Positions 24,714-35,423 of a stretch of 64,000 nucleotides of DNA are shown here, one piece after another. The DNA is taken from positions 128,001 to 192,000 of the forward strand of contig CAVPPB010000001.1 of the NCBI GenBank assembly GCA_963707215.1, in the 5' to 3' direction. How positions within the stretch are numbered: the first letter of the stretch is position 1; each line of letters begins with the position of its first letter. The translations under genes were made by a program, and so were the position numbers. The stretch is from an uncultured Chloroflexia bacterium (GTDB lineage: Bacteria > Chloroflexota > Limnocylindria > Limnocylindrales > CSP1-4). The notes under the pieces were generated by a model. The model was not told where the DNA came from. It worked only from the letters and a program-made list of their open reading frames with translations, and made no database searches.

Positions 24714-27464
24714 ATGTCCGTGCCGTCGGCCGCAGCGGCCACGCGACCCGATCGTCCGTGGCACGCCATGGATCCCGATGCCGTGGCGACCGCGCTCGGG
24801 GTGGAGCCGGCGCGCGGCCTCGACCCCTCGGAGGCCGCCGCCCGCCTGGATCGGTACGGCCGCAACGTGCCCCCCGAGCCGGTCCGCCCGTCCGCCGCCC
24901 GGGCCGTGCTGGGCCAGCTCGTCGCTCCGGTGCCGATCGCGCTCGGCGTGGCCCTCGTCGTGAGCCTTGTGCTCCGGGAGATCTCGGCCGCACTGCTGCT
25001 GGCCGCTGCGGTCGTCATCGACGTGATCGTCGGGGCCAACGAGACCCTGAAGGCGCGGGCGCCGGTCACGGCGATCGGGAGCCTCTGGGCGACGACCGCG
25101 ATGGTCCGTCGGGTCGGTCGGGTCATCCCGGTCAACGCGACCGAGCTGGTCCCCGGTGACGTCGTCTCGATCGGCCCGGGAGACGTCGTGCCGGCCGACG
25201 GCCGGCTGATCGACAGTGTGGCGCTCCTTGTCGACGAGGCCGATCGTGACCGGCGAGACGGCGTCCGACCGCCAAGGCGGTCCCCTTGGTCGGCGCTCCC
25301 GATGCCGCCCTGCCCGAGCGGACCAGCCTGGTCCACGCCGGCTCGCGGGTCCTCCAGGGTCGCGCGACGTTCGTCGCCACCGCCACCGGCCAGGGGACCG
25401 AGCTCGGCCGGATCGCCGGCCTGCTCGGCGCGACCGACCGGGACCCGACCCCGCTCCGGCGCCGGTTGCGCGCATCGGGGACCGCCCTGGCGCTCCTCGC
25501 CGTCGGTGCGATCGCGGTGAGCGTCGCCGTCGGCTGGTACCGGGGCGAGCCCCTGGATCGCCTGGTCCTGGTGGCGATCGGCGTGGTCGTCGCCTCGATC
25601 CCTGCGGGCCTCCCGATCTTCGTCCGGGCCACGCTGGCCGTGGGGGCCCAGCGGCTCGGCATGGCCGGGACGCCGGTCCGCTACCTTGACGCGGTCACGG
25701 CGCTCGGCCACGTCGGAGCCGTCGACGCTGGGCTGGCCGGGATCCTGACCCTGGGCCGTCCGACGGCCCGGTCCGTCTTCTACCGGGGCAGCTGGTACAC
25801 GGTCGAGGGCGATGGCGCGGCTACCTCCGGCCGGATGCTCCACGTCGCCGGGGCGACCCTGCCCGGATTCGATCGGCTTGCCTACATCTCCGCCCTGGTG
25901 ACGGACGTCGCGCTCGGCGACGACGACCCGGCCACGATCGCCTCGACCGAGGCCGCGATGGTCGTCCTGGCCGCCAAGCTCGGGATCGACGCGGATCAGA
26001 GCCGTCATGCCTACCCCCGCCTCCTGGGCCTGCCCTACGACGCCACCCTCGGGCTCGACGGCATCGGTCCATCGCCTGCCGCTCGACGGTCCCGGGTCGT
26101 CGGTCGTCACGGCCCTGGTCATCGGGACGCCGGAGGCCCTGCTCGTCCGGAGCTCTACGGCCGACTGGGGTGGTGAGGACCCGCTCGCGATCGACCCGGT
26201 CCGGCACGAGGTCGAGGCCGCCCTTGCCCGGATGCGGTCGGAGGGCATGCAGGTCGTCGCGCTCGGCGCTCGCCGGCTGACGACCACCCCCGAGGACGCC
26301 GCCGAGGAGATCGCCGCTGACCCGATGACCCTGCTCGGCGACCTGACCTTCGTCGGCCTCGTGGGGATCGTGGACCCGATCCGGCCGGACGCCCGGGCGG
26401 TGATCACGACGGCTTCCAGGGCCGGGATCGACCTCCGGGTCGTCACCGGCCGGGACCCGGTCACCGCGGCGTCGACCGCCGCCGAGCTCGGACTCGCCGG
26501 TGAGGCCATCGGTGGACCGGACCTCGCCAGCCTGTCCGACGAGACCGTGCGGAGCCGACTGACCGGTCTCCGCATCGTGGGCTGGGCGTCCGCCATCGAC
26601 CGTTTGCGGCTGACCCGCGCCCTCCAGGCCGGCGGCACGAGCGTCGCCGTCCTCTCGAACGGCGTCGTCGATGCGCCGGCGATGCGGGCCGCCGGGGTCG
26701 GTGCCGCAAGCCGGCCGGGCTCCGCCGTGACGGACCAGGCCGCCTCGGTGGTCGTCGGCGACGGCGGGCTGGCCGCCCTGCTCCGGGCGATCGCCATCGG
26801 GCGCGAGACGCGGGACCGGGTCGCCGCCTATGGCCGGCTCGCGGCGATCCAGCTCGTCGGGCTGGTGTCCCTGTTCGTGACCGCCGCACTCCTCGACGTC
26901 AACGGCGGCCTGCCGCTGGTGCCCGTCCAGGTCCTCTTCCTGGGTCTCGTCGTCACCGTCTTCCCCGTCGTCGCCATCGCCTCCGACGTGGCCGATCCCG
27001 GCGTCATGGAGCATCCGCCCGACGACCCGGATGGCGGCCCGGCCGATCGACCGACCATCCTCCGCCGGCTCGTGGCCGGGCTGGCTCTCGGGCTCGCGGC
27101 GCTGGCCGTCTACCCCGTCAGCGCTGCGATCGGCTGGGGCGAGCCGGCCTTCGACCGCGCCTCGGTGCCGATGACCCTGGCGTTCGTGACGCTGGGCTTC
27201 GGGACGATCCTGGTCGGGCTGGCCGCGCGGCGGCCCGTGGACTGGGCGTTCAAGAGCCCGTTGCCGCGGTTCCTCGGCATCCTCCTCGTACCGCTGGTGC
27301 TGCTCTTCCTCTCGACCGAGCTGGGCGTCCTGAAGGCGTTCCTCGTGACGGTCGACCTTCGCCAGGAGCAGTGGGGCGTCGCGCTCCTCCTGGGCTCGGC
27401 GGCGTTCTGGGTCATGGAGGCCGACAAGCTCCTCCAGCGACGGGTGCGCATCCGCTTCCACTAG
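24714..27464 (+). CDS. P-type (P2, Ca/cation) ATPase homologue with degenerate catalytic motifs; frameshifts near 25240-25275 and 26058
   Basis: RLDRYGRN, LVPGDVV..GDVVPADGRL, TELGRIA, FVGLVGIVDPIR and C-terminal TMs; DKTGT absent. Confidence 0.85.
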
Positions 27465-27527
27465 GGACCCTGTCCCGGGTCGTCGAAAGCAGGGCGACGC
27501 AACGCAGGCGCTCGTGGGACGAGGACG

Positions 27528-28247
27528 TCAGCCGTCGATCGTCCGCCGCAGCTCGGCCGCCCGATCGCGGAGGGACCGGAAGTAATCCGAGTCGGTGATC
27601 TCGGCCACCTGCCGGGCCTGGCGCGCCTCGTCGATCTCGATCCGCAGCTCGGCCACCTGCGCTCGCAGGCGCTCCTCGCGAGCCCGCACCTCGCCCGCCA
27701 TCCGCTGGAAGGTCCGGGCAAGCTGACCGAGGGCGTCGTCCCTGGCGGCCACGGCGTCGAGGGTCGCGGGATCGAAGGCATCCGCCTCCACGGCGGCGGC
27801 GGCGTCGATGACCCGCTCGACCTGTTCGAGGTACTCGCGCTCGAGGTCGCGCAACCGCTTGGCTGCCAGCCCGGCGTTGAGGCGGGCTCGCAGGATGGAC
27901 GGGTCGACGGGCTTCGGCAGGTAGTCGAGGGCGCCGAGCTCGATGCAGCGGACGACCGAATCGAGCTCGTCCACCGCGCTGATCACGATGACCGGCAGGT
28001 GGGCCAGCCGCGGATCGGCCTTCATCCGCTCGAGCGTTCCGTAGCCGTCGAGCCGGGGCATGACCAGGTCGAGCAGGACGACGTCGAACGGCGGCTCTCC
28101 GGCGCCGGCGAGGACATCGAGGGCCGCCAGGCCGTCGTCCACGGAGGTGACCGCGTGACCCTGCTCGCGCAGGAGCCGCTCGAGGAGCATCCGGTTCACC
28201 AGAGCGTCCTCGACGACCAGGACGCGGCCGCCGCCCGCCGCGGTCAT
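27528..28247 (-). CDS. Response regulator: REC + HAMP-like segment + coiled-coil tail
   Basis: VLVVED, LLDLVMP, DYLPKP; then DDALGQLARTFQRM and IEIDEARQARQVAEITDSDYF. Confidence 0.9.
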   Translation of the reverse strand: MTAAGGGRVLVVEDALVNRMLLERLLREQGHAVTSVDDGLAALDVLAGAGEPPFDVVLLDLVMPRLDGYGTLERMKADPRLAHLPVIVISAVDELDSVVRCIELGALDYLPKPVDPSILRARLNAGLAAKRLRDLEREYLEQVERVIDAAAAVEADAFDPATLDAVAARDDALGQLARTFQRMAGEVRAREERLRAQVAELRIEIDEARQARQVAEITDSDYFRSLRDRAAELRRTIDG

Positions 28248-28609
28248 GCCCTGGCCGCCACGATCTGCAGCTCCCCCGTCGCCGCCTCGAGCTCGGCGGC
28301 GATCGCCTCGACGGCATCGCCCAGCCCTTCGAGCCCACCGGATCGCGCCTGCGCCTCCAGGACCCGGCAGCGCTCGGCCAACCCCGTGGCCCCGAGGGCG
28401 GCGCTGGACGACTTGAGGGTGTGGGCCGGGCGGACGAGGTCGGCCGCGGATCCGGACTCGAGCGCGGCACGCATGGCCGCCACCTGCCCGGGGGCGTCGG
28501 CGAGGTACGCGCCGATCAGCTCGGCGAGGAACGCACGATCCCCGCCCGTCGCCTCCAGCAGCTGGTCGATGACGACTCGATCGATCGTCGCTCCAGACGA
28601 CTCAGGCAT
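28244..28609 (-). CDS. Stand-alone Hpt phosphotransfer protein
   Basis: AHTLKSSSAALGA motif in a ~120 aa helical protein. Confidence 0.92.
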   Translation of the reverse strand: MPESSGATIDRVVIDQLLEATGGDRAFLAELIGAYLADAPGQVAAMRAALESGSAADLVRPAHTLKSSSAALGATGLAERCRVLEAQARSGGLEGLGDAVEAIAAELEAATGELQIVAARA

Positions 28610-28675
28610 CCCAACCCCTCCGGCCATCGTCGATCGATCCGAGGATAGCGACCGGGTGCCGCACCCGGGATCCGC

Positions 28676-30916
28676 TCACGCCGGCCCGCCGATGCGGACC
28701 GCGTCGGCACCCTCGTGAAGGTCGAGATCCGCCGTGCCGGTCCCGTCGAGCGTCACCGGCACGGCCGGACCTGGGGTCTCGACGACCGCGGCGTCGGCCC
28801 AGGCGGACGAGTCGCCCTCTGCGTCGACCCGGTACGCCCAGACCCGAATCGCGCCTGCGACGCGTGGCTCGAGCTCGACCCGGACGTCCGCGAGCCCGCC
28901 CGCGCTCCCCAGGACCACCGTGGCGCCGTCGGCAGACCGCGCCATCGCACCGGATCTCCAGGTGACCCGGGCGGCCGCCGGCCGGCCGGTCCGGACGACC
29001 TCCAGGGCGGCGGTCCCCGCCCCCGGTCCCTCGACCCGCAGCTGGACCACGGCCCGGGGCCGGAACGCGCCACCTGACACGGCCCGAACGGCGACCACCG
29101 CGACGCCGGCGGCGGCTCCGAGGGCGGCGACTCGGGCGACCGGATCCGTCCAGATCCAGATGCCGTGCACCAGGATCGCTGCGATGAACAGGGCCGCCAC
29201 GGTCGTCACGACGAGCGGATGGCCGATGAACCCGATGACCGGTCGGGGGACGAACTCACCGCGACGCCGGGAGGCAGCCACGAGCAGCATCGGGTAGACA
29301 CCGGCCATCAGCGGCACCGCGAGGATGCCGACGACCGCGAGCGGGGCGGTGAAGTCCGCCACATCGGCCAGGATCAGGACGACGAGGATCAGGACCACCG
29401 CGACGACCGGGAGCAGCGACACGGTCGACCGGCCGCGCCGGCCGGCGATCGCGCGCTGCCACGCCGGCTGCCCGACGCCCGCCGCCCTCGAGACCGGCGG
29501 GAGCCACTCGCGGACCTGGTTGAAGAGCCCCAGGGAGCAGTAGATCGAGCCGATCCCGAGGGCCAGGACGACGTAGATCGATCCGAGGACCAGGACGACC
29601 GGGCCCGCGACCTCGGCGAGCGGCGAGATAGCGGTGCCCTCGAACCCCACGAGCGCCTCCGAGCCGACGGCCCCGTTGACCGCCAGGACGCCGAGGGAGT
29701 ACAGGCCGATCACGGCCAGCATCGCGGCGACGTTGCCGCCGAGCAGCGCCTTGCCGGTCATGTCCTCGCGCAGGAGGAGCTTCGCGGCGTTGCCGGCCGA
29801 GGTGTGCCCGAAGTAGGCCACCAGGATGACCCCGAACACGATCTGGAGCAGCCCGACCTCGAGCACGAGACCGCCCCCCGACGCGTCGATCGCAAGGTTC
29901 GCCGGATCGAGGTACGCCAGGCCGATGGCGCAGATGGCGAGGATCAGGGCGATGTTCACCGCCCCGATCACCAGGGCCGACGCGACCGTCGCGTCGAGCG
30001 CATCACGGCGCAGGAAGTACACGTTGATCGCGAACAGCAGGCCCACCCACCAGAGGAGGCCGATGCCGCTGGCGTCGGACAGCACGGAGGCGAAGCCGAG
30101 CAGGTAGGTGAGGAGCACGACCGCGTTGAAGACGAACAGCGTCACCGTGAACGCGACGGCCCCCCCGCGGCCGAGATACTCCCGGACCAGCCGGCCGAAG
30201 TAGGTCTCGCCGTAGCGCATCTGGCCGGTCCGGGTGATCGCCTCGACGAGGGCGGCCAGGGTCACGACGTTGACGAGGCCCAGGACCACCAGGAGGGCGA
30301 TCCCGGGCAGCGGGCCGATGCCCGCGACGGCGACCGGGATGGCCAGGATCCCCTCGGCGATCGTCTCGGTGAGTGCGAGCGCGAAGGCCATCCAGAACGG
30401 CGGCAGGGTCTCAAGGCGTTCGGCCGCACGCGCCCGCAGCCAGCGGAGGCGATCGCGGACGGGTTGCGGGGCCGCGAAGCTGTGATCGATGACCGCCCCG
30501 TAGGCCCGCTCGTAGGCGGATCGGACGGCGGGATCCCCGGTGCCGAGGGCCGCCGCGACCCGGGATGCCCGGCCGGCCACCAACGGGTACTTCTCCCCGA
30601 GCCGGCGAACGAGGGCGGCCCGGAGGTCCGGGTCCGGCGGGACGAGGTCGGCCCATGACGGGGCGTAGCGCTCGAGGTCCTGGACGGTCACCCGGACCGG
30701 CAGGTCACGAGCCCCGGCCAGCGCCTGGAGGAACGCCAGCTCGCGCTCCTGGACGGAGCGCTCCGTCTCGTAGGTCGCCATCGCTGCGCGCGAGCGATCG
30801 ACCAGGCGGGCGGTCCTGGCCTCGATGGCGAACAGGAGCGTCGTGACCCGCCGGGCCGGCAGCCCGGCCAGCAGCTCGCTCCTGGAGAAGAGCGGCGGGC
30901 CGGCGTCCCCGGTCAT
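28676..30916 (-). CDS. Amino-acid-permease-like (APC/HAAAP-like) membrane protein with N- and C-terminal soluble extensions
   Basis: About 12 hydrophobic segments; TETIAEGILAIP resembles permease TM1 (GxxIGAGILxLP), AYFGHTS resembles TM6. Confidence 0.65.
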   Translation of the reverse strand: MTGDAGPPLFSRSELLAGLPARRVTTLLFAIEARTARLVDRSRAAMATYETERSVQERELAFLQALAGARDLPVRVTVQDLERYAPSWADLVPPDPDLRAALVRRLGEKYPLVAGRASRVAAALGTGDPAVRSAYERAYGAVIDHSFAAPQPVRDRLRWLRARAAERLETLPPFWMAFALALTETIAEGILAIPVAVAGIGPLPGIALLVVLGLVNVVTLAALVEAITRTGQMRYGETYFGRLVREYLGRGGAVAFTVTLFVFNAVVLLTYLLGFASVLSDASGIGLLWWVGLLFAINVYFLRRDALDATVASALVIGAVNIALILAICAIGLAYLDPANLAIDASGGGLVLEVGLLQIVFGVILVAYFGHTSAGNAAKLLLREDMTGKALLGGNVAAMLAVIGLYSLGVLAVNGAVGSEALVGFEGTAISPLAEVAGPVVLVLGSIYVVLALGIGSIYCSLGLFNQVREWLPPVSRAAGVGQPAWQRAIAGRRGRSTVSLLPVVAVVLILVVLILADVADFTAPLAVVGILAVPLMAGVYPMLLVAASRRRGEFVPRPVIGFIGHPLVVTTVAALFIAAILVHGIWIWTDPVARVAALGAAAGVAVVAVRAVSGGAFRPRAVVQLRVEGPGAGTAALEVVRTGRPAAARVTWRSGAMARSADGATVVLGSAGGLADVRVELEPRVAGAIRVWAYRVDAEGDSSAWADAAVVETPGPAVPVTLDGTGTADLDLHEGADAVRIGGPA

Positions 30917-33900
30917 GCCTCCGCCGGAGGGCCGTCGCCCCTCGGGACGCGCTCGAGCGCCTCGACGAGCGCCTCGACCCGGATCGGCTTGCTGACGTAG
31001 TCGTCCATCCCGGCGGCCAGGCAGGCGTCCCGATCCTCGTCCATGGCGTTGGCGGTCATGGCGATGATGTGCGGGCGCCCCTCCGGCCAACGGGCGCGGA
31101 TCCGCCGGGTCGCCTCCAGCCCGTCGAGCTCCGGCATCTGGACATCCATCAGAACCAGGTCGTACCTGGCCGACTCGAGGGCAGCGATCACCGCTAGCCC
31201 ATCCCCAGCGACGTCCGCCGCGTAGCCCATCCGCTCGAGCAGGCGCAGGGCGAGCTTCTGGTTCACTGGGTTGTCCTCCGCCAGGAGGATCCGGAGCGGG
31301 TGGCGGGCGGCCGTCTCCGGGTCCAGGGCCGGGCGATCGGGCGCCCGCTGCACCGGGACCGCGGACGCTCCGGCGAGCGCCGTGACCACGGCGTCGTGGA
31401 GCGCCGAGAGCTTCACGGGTTTGGCCAGGTAGGCGGCCGCCAGCGGGTTCGCCCGGTCGCGATGGCCCGCGGACGACATGACGATGATCGGCAGGTCCGG
31501 TCGGACTGCGCGAGCCGCCTCGGCCAGCGCGAGCCCATCGAGCTCCGGCATCTGGAGATCCGTGATCAGGAGGTCGAGGGGCTCATCCGACCTGACCACG
31601 TCCACGGCATCCGAGGCGGATGCCGTGTCACGGGTCAGCATCCCCCAGCGACCGACCTGCGCCGCGAGGATCCGACGATTCGTCGCGTTGTCGTCCACGA
31701 TCAGGACCCGCCGGCCCACCAGATCAAGCGGCGCGAGGTCGGTCCGCGTCTCAGCGCCATCGGTCCCCGCGGGCAGCTGGACCACGAGACGGAACGTGCT
31801 GCCCTGGCCCGCCACGCCGGTGCTCTCCGCGGTGAGATCGCCGTCCATGAGCTGGGCCAGCCGACGGCTGATGACCAGCCCCAGCCCGGTCCCCCCGAAA
31901 CGTCGCGAGATGCTGGCGTCGGCCTGGCTGAAGCTCTGGAAGAGACGGCTCATCCGGTCGGGCAGGATCCCGATGCCGGTGTCGCGGACCGTGACCTCGA
32001 TGCGCCAGCGGCCGTCAGCTTCGTCGAGCCGCCGGCCGCTCGCGCGCAGCTCGACCTCTCCGGACTCGGTGAACTTCACGGCGTTCGAGAGCAGGTTCAG
32101 GACGACCTGGCGCAATCGGCCCTGGTCACCGACGACGACCCGCGGGAGGGCGTCGTCGACCGCGTAGGCGAGCTCGATGCCCTTCCGGGCTGCCGTCGGG
32201 GCGAGCAGGTCCAGGGCCGCTTCGATGACCCGTCGGAGCTCGAACGGCCTGGCATCGAGATCCACCCGCCCAGCCTCGATCTTCGAGAAGTCGAGGATGT
32301 CGTCGATGATCGTCAGGAGCGCGTCGCCGCTCGTCCGGATCGTCTCGGCGAAGTCGCGCTGCTCCTCCGACAGCGGGGTGTCGAGGAGGAGGCCGCTCAT
32401 CCCGATGATCGCGTTCATCGGGGTGCGGATCTCGTGGCTCATGGCAGCCAGGAACGTGCTCTTGGCCTGGTTAGCAGCGTCGGCCTCCCGCCGGGCCGCC
32501 TGCAGCTCGGTGATGTCGTGGTAGATGGCGTAGAACCCGGTGTGCTCGCCGTCGATGCGGAGGGGCACCATGACGATCTCGACATCGACGCCCCTGCCAT
32601 CCCGACACGAGCGGCGGCCGATCCGAGCGGAGCGTCCAGTCTCGAGCGCCTCCCTCGCCACGCCTGCCCCCTCGGCGCGCATCTCGTCGGTGCTCATGAC
32701 GAGGTCGTCGATGCGCTGCCCGATCGCCTCGACCGGTGTGTACCCGAAGAGCCGCTCGGCGGCCGGGTTCCAGCCCGACACGCGCTCGTCGCGGTCCATG
32801 GTGACGACGGCGACGGGGCTGATCTCGACGAGCGACTCGAAGTAGGCCTTCTGGCGCCGGACCTCGGCGGCCGCCTCGACCTGGCGGGTGACATCCACCT
32901 GGAAGCCGAGGACGTACGCCGCTTCCCCGTTCTCGTCGCGGATCAGCGAGTTGTCGTCACGGACCCAGACCGTCCGTCCATCCGAGGCGATGATGCGGTA
33001 CTCGCCCGTCGCGCGATCGTCGCCGACGTGGACGTACCCCTCCTCGGATCCCACGAGGTCGCGGTCGTCGGGGTGCAACACGGACTCGAAGAACCCGTCC
33101 TCGAGCCATCGCTCGGACGGATACCCGAACATGGCCTCGACCTGCGGGCTGACGTAGAGCGAGGCCCCGAGCGGGTCGCCAGGTCGGTCGATGTAGAGCG
33201 CCAGCGGCAGCTCCTCGACGAGCTGTCGGTAGCGGCGCTCGGCCTCGGCCTGGCGGGCCAGGGCCTCGGTCAGCTCGGCCGTCCGCTCCTCGACCCGACG
33301 CTCGAGGGTCTCGACGTTCTCGCGGAGCTGGGCCGTCATGTCGTTGAAGGCGGTGGTCAGCGTCCCCACCTCATCCTCGGACGTGACGGGCACGTAGGCG
33401 TCGAGGTCCCCGGCCGCGACGCTCGTGGCGGTCGTGGCGAGCCGAAGGATAGGTCTGGTGACCTGGCGAGCGATCAGCCAGATGCCGGCGGCCAGCAGGA
33501 CCGCCGACAGCAGCCCGACGATCGCGATCGTGAGCGCCAGCTCCTGGGCCGGTGCGAAGGCCTCCGCCTGCGGCAGCTCCACGACGAGGGCCGCATCGTG
33601 CTCGGTCAGCCAGCGGTAGACCCCGATGACGGGCACGCCCCGATAGTCCGTGTAGAGCGCCTGGCCGCTTCCGTGGGCGAGTGCTCGGCGGATCCCCTCG
33701 GACTCCACGCCGCTCGCGTACTCGCCCTGGCTGAGCCGGGCGTGCAGGAACCGACCGTCGGGGCCGACCAGGTACGTCGCCCCGCCCTCACCGAGGCCGG
33801 TTCCCTCGAGGACGATCCGGTCGATCCGCTCCAGGTTGAGGTTGCCGGCCAGCACGCCGACCCGGCGACCGCGGCCGTCACGGTCGAACAGCGGCGTGCT

Positions 33901-34458
33901 GACCGTGATGGTCGGGAGACCGGTGAGGGTCGACGTGTAGGCGTTCTGGACGAAGGTGTGCGAGACGCCCCGAGCGAAGAACAGCTCGCTCGCCTGGGAG
34001 GCGCCCTCGTGCTCCGGCCGCGTCGACAGCTCGACGGTCCCGTCGAGATCGAGGACGAGGAACTCCTGGGCATCGGACGTCTGCTGGACGACCACGCCGA
34101 GCGTCTTCTCCAGTGGCTCACGGGCCGCTTCGCGCTCGGCGTCGGTCGTGCTCTCGCCCAGGAAGACGCGTGCGTCGTCCCCGAGGCCCGGGATGCTGCC
34201 CACGAAGACGACGTTCCTCCGCTGCTCGTCGATCCAGCGGTCGAGCGAGTCGGCCTTGACCTCCGCTACCGCCTCGAGCCGCTCGAAGACCGAGCGGGTC
34301 AGGTCGTCCTGCGCCCGGACGTACACCACTGTTCCGACGATGGCCACGGTCAGCCCGGCGAGGACCAGGAAGTAGGCGACGAGGCGGGCCCGCAGGCTGC
34401 GGTTCCAGGGACCCGGGATCCTGGGCCCACGACGGCGACTCGAAGGCGCGGCGGCCAC
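30913..34458 (-). CDS. Hybrid sensor histidine kinase (TM-dCache-TM-HAMP-PAS-PAS-HisKA-HATPase-REC-REC)
   Basis: FLAAMSHEIRTPMN, NLLSNAVKFT, DTGIG, GGTGLGL; receivers ITDLQMP and LMDVQMP; EDEVGTLTTAFNDM HAMP. Confidence 0.93.
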   Translation of the reverse strand: MAAAPSSRRRGPRIPGPWNRSLRARLVAYFLVLAGLTVAIVGTVVYVRAQDDLTRSVFERLEAVAEVKADSLDRWIDEQRRNVVFVGSIPGLGDDARVFLGESTTDAEREAAREPLEKTLGVVVQQTSDAQEFLVLDLDGTVELSTRPEHEGASQASELFFARGVSHTFVQNAYTSTLTGLPTITVSTPLFDRDGRGRRVGVLAGNLNLERIDRIVLEGTGLGEGGATYLVGPDGRFLHARLSQGEYASGVESEGIRRALAHGSGQALYTDYRGVPVIGVYRWLTEHDAALVVELPQAEAFAPAQELALTIAIVGLLSAVLLAAGIWLIARQVTRPILRLATTATSVAAGDLDAYVPVTSEDEVGTLTTAFNDMTAQLRENVETLERRVEERTAELTEALARQAEAERRYRQLVEELPLALYIDRPGDPLGASLYVSPQVEAMFGYPSERWLEDGFFESVLHPDDRDLVGSEEGYVHVGDDRATGEYRIIASDGRTVWVRDDNSLIRDENGEAAYVLGFQVDVTRQVEAAAEVRRQKAYFESLVEISPVAVVTMDRDERVSGWNPAAERLFGYTPVEAIGQRIDDLVMSTDEMRAEGAGVAREALETGRSARIGRRSCRDGRGVDVEIVMVPLRIDGEHTGFYAIYHDITELQAARREADAANQAKSTFLAAMSHEIRTPMNAIIGMSGLLLDTPLSEEQRDFAETIRTSGDALLTIIDDILDFSKIEAGRVDLDARPFELRRVIEAALDLLAPTAARKGIELAYAVDDALPRVVVGDQGRLRQVVLNLLSNAVKFTESGEVELRASGRRLDEADGRWRIEVTVRDTGIGILPDRMSRLFQSFSQADASISRRFGGTGLGLVISRRLAQLMDGDLTAESTGVAGQGSTFRLVVQLPAGTDGAETRTDLAPLDLVGRRVLIVDDNATNRRILAAQVGRWGMLTRDTASASDAVDVVRSDEPLDLLITDLQMPELDGLALAEAARAVRPDLPIIVMSSAGHRDRANPLAAAYLAKPVKLSALHDAVVTALAGASAVPVQRAPDRPALDPETAARHPLRILLAEDNPVNQKLALRLLERMGYAADVAGDGLAVIAALESARYDLVLMDVQMPELDGLEATRRIRARWPEGRPHIIAMTANAMDEDRDACLAAGMDDYVSKPIRVEALVEALERVPRGDGPPAEA

Positions 34459-34460
34459 GG

Positions 34461-35423
34461 TCAGGGCAGCTCCTGCCCGATGGAGTCCAGGTCGAACTCG
34501 CCGGCGGCCGTCGCATAGTCCATGCCGAAGTACTCGAGCGACAGGGCCTCCAAGGTGCCATCGACATGCAACCCGCGGACGATCTCGTCGACGCGCTCCA
34601 CGAACGCGGCCTGGTCCAGGCTCGACGCACGGTCGAGGTACCCGGTCTTCTGCGTGTGGTAGGCCGGCTCCGGCAGCATCCGGAGGCCGAGGCCTCCCGC
34701 GATCGCTTCCGTGCCGACAGGCTCGCCGCACAGGAAGGCGTCGAGCTCGCCTGCGGCGGTCGCCTCCAGGCCCGGCGGCTCTGCGTCGAAGGTGACGATC
34801 TCCGGATCGTCGACGACATACACGAGCGGGGGCCCCGGCAGGACCAGCTCGTGACGGAGGTACAGCTCGTGGGTGCAGCCGGCGCAGGCCCCGACCGTCA
34901 TGCCGGACAGCTCGGCGGCGTCCCGGACGGTTGACCCGACCGGGAGGAAGAAGTTGTGCGGCGTGGCGTAGGTGGGCTGGGTCACGTACAGCCGGGTCAT
35001 CCGCTCCTCGGTGATCGCCCCCGACCCCCAGGCCACATCCCAGCGATCCCCCCAGTTGCCCGCGATGACCTGGTTCCAGGGCGGCGTGACGAAGCAGGCC
35101 TCGACGCCAAGGACCTCGGCCACGGCTTTGCCGGTGTCCGCGTCGAACCCTGCCACCTCGGGCGTGGTCAGCTGGTTCGCGGCGCATTTGGTCCCTGCGA
35201 GCCGCTCGGCGTCGTCGACGAGGAACGACTGGGGCGGGTAGGCCGGGTCGGTGGAGAGCACGATCGTCCCCCGGGCGAGCACTTCGGCGAGCTTGTCGGC
35301 GGTCGGGTCGAGGGACGGCACGCTCGACGGCGCCTGGGTCGCCCCGCCCGCCCCGCCGCATGCGGCGACGAGGACGGCGAGGAGGGCTGCGGCGACCGGG
35401 AGGGACCCGCGCTGCGCGCTCAC
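34461..35423 (-). CDS. Family-3 (polar amino acid type) solute-binding lipoprotein 2
   Basis: Lipobox LVAAC; STDPAYPP, GFDAD, DGTLEALSLEYFG. Confidence 0.85.
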   Translation of the reverse strand: MSAQRGSLPVAAALLAVLVAACGGAGGATQAPSSVPSLDPTADKLAEVLARGTIVLSTDPAYPPQSFLVDDAERLAGTKCAANQLTTPEVAGFDADTGKAVAEVLGVEACFVTPPWNQVIAGNWGDRWDVAWGSGAITEERMTRLYVTQPTYATPHNFFLPVGSTVRDAAELSGMTVGACAGCTHELYLRHELVLPGPPLVYVVDDPEIVTFDAEPPGLEATAAGELDAFLCGEPVGTEAIAGGLGLRMLPEPAYHTQKTGYLDRASSLDQAAFVERVDEIVRGLHVDGTLEALSLEYFGMDYATAAGEFDLDSIGQELP

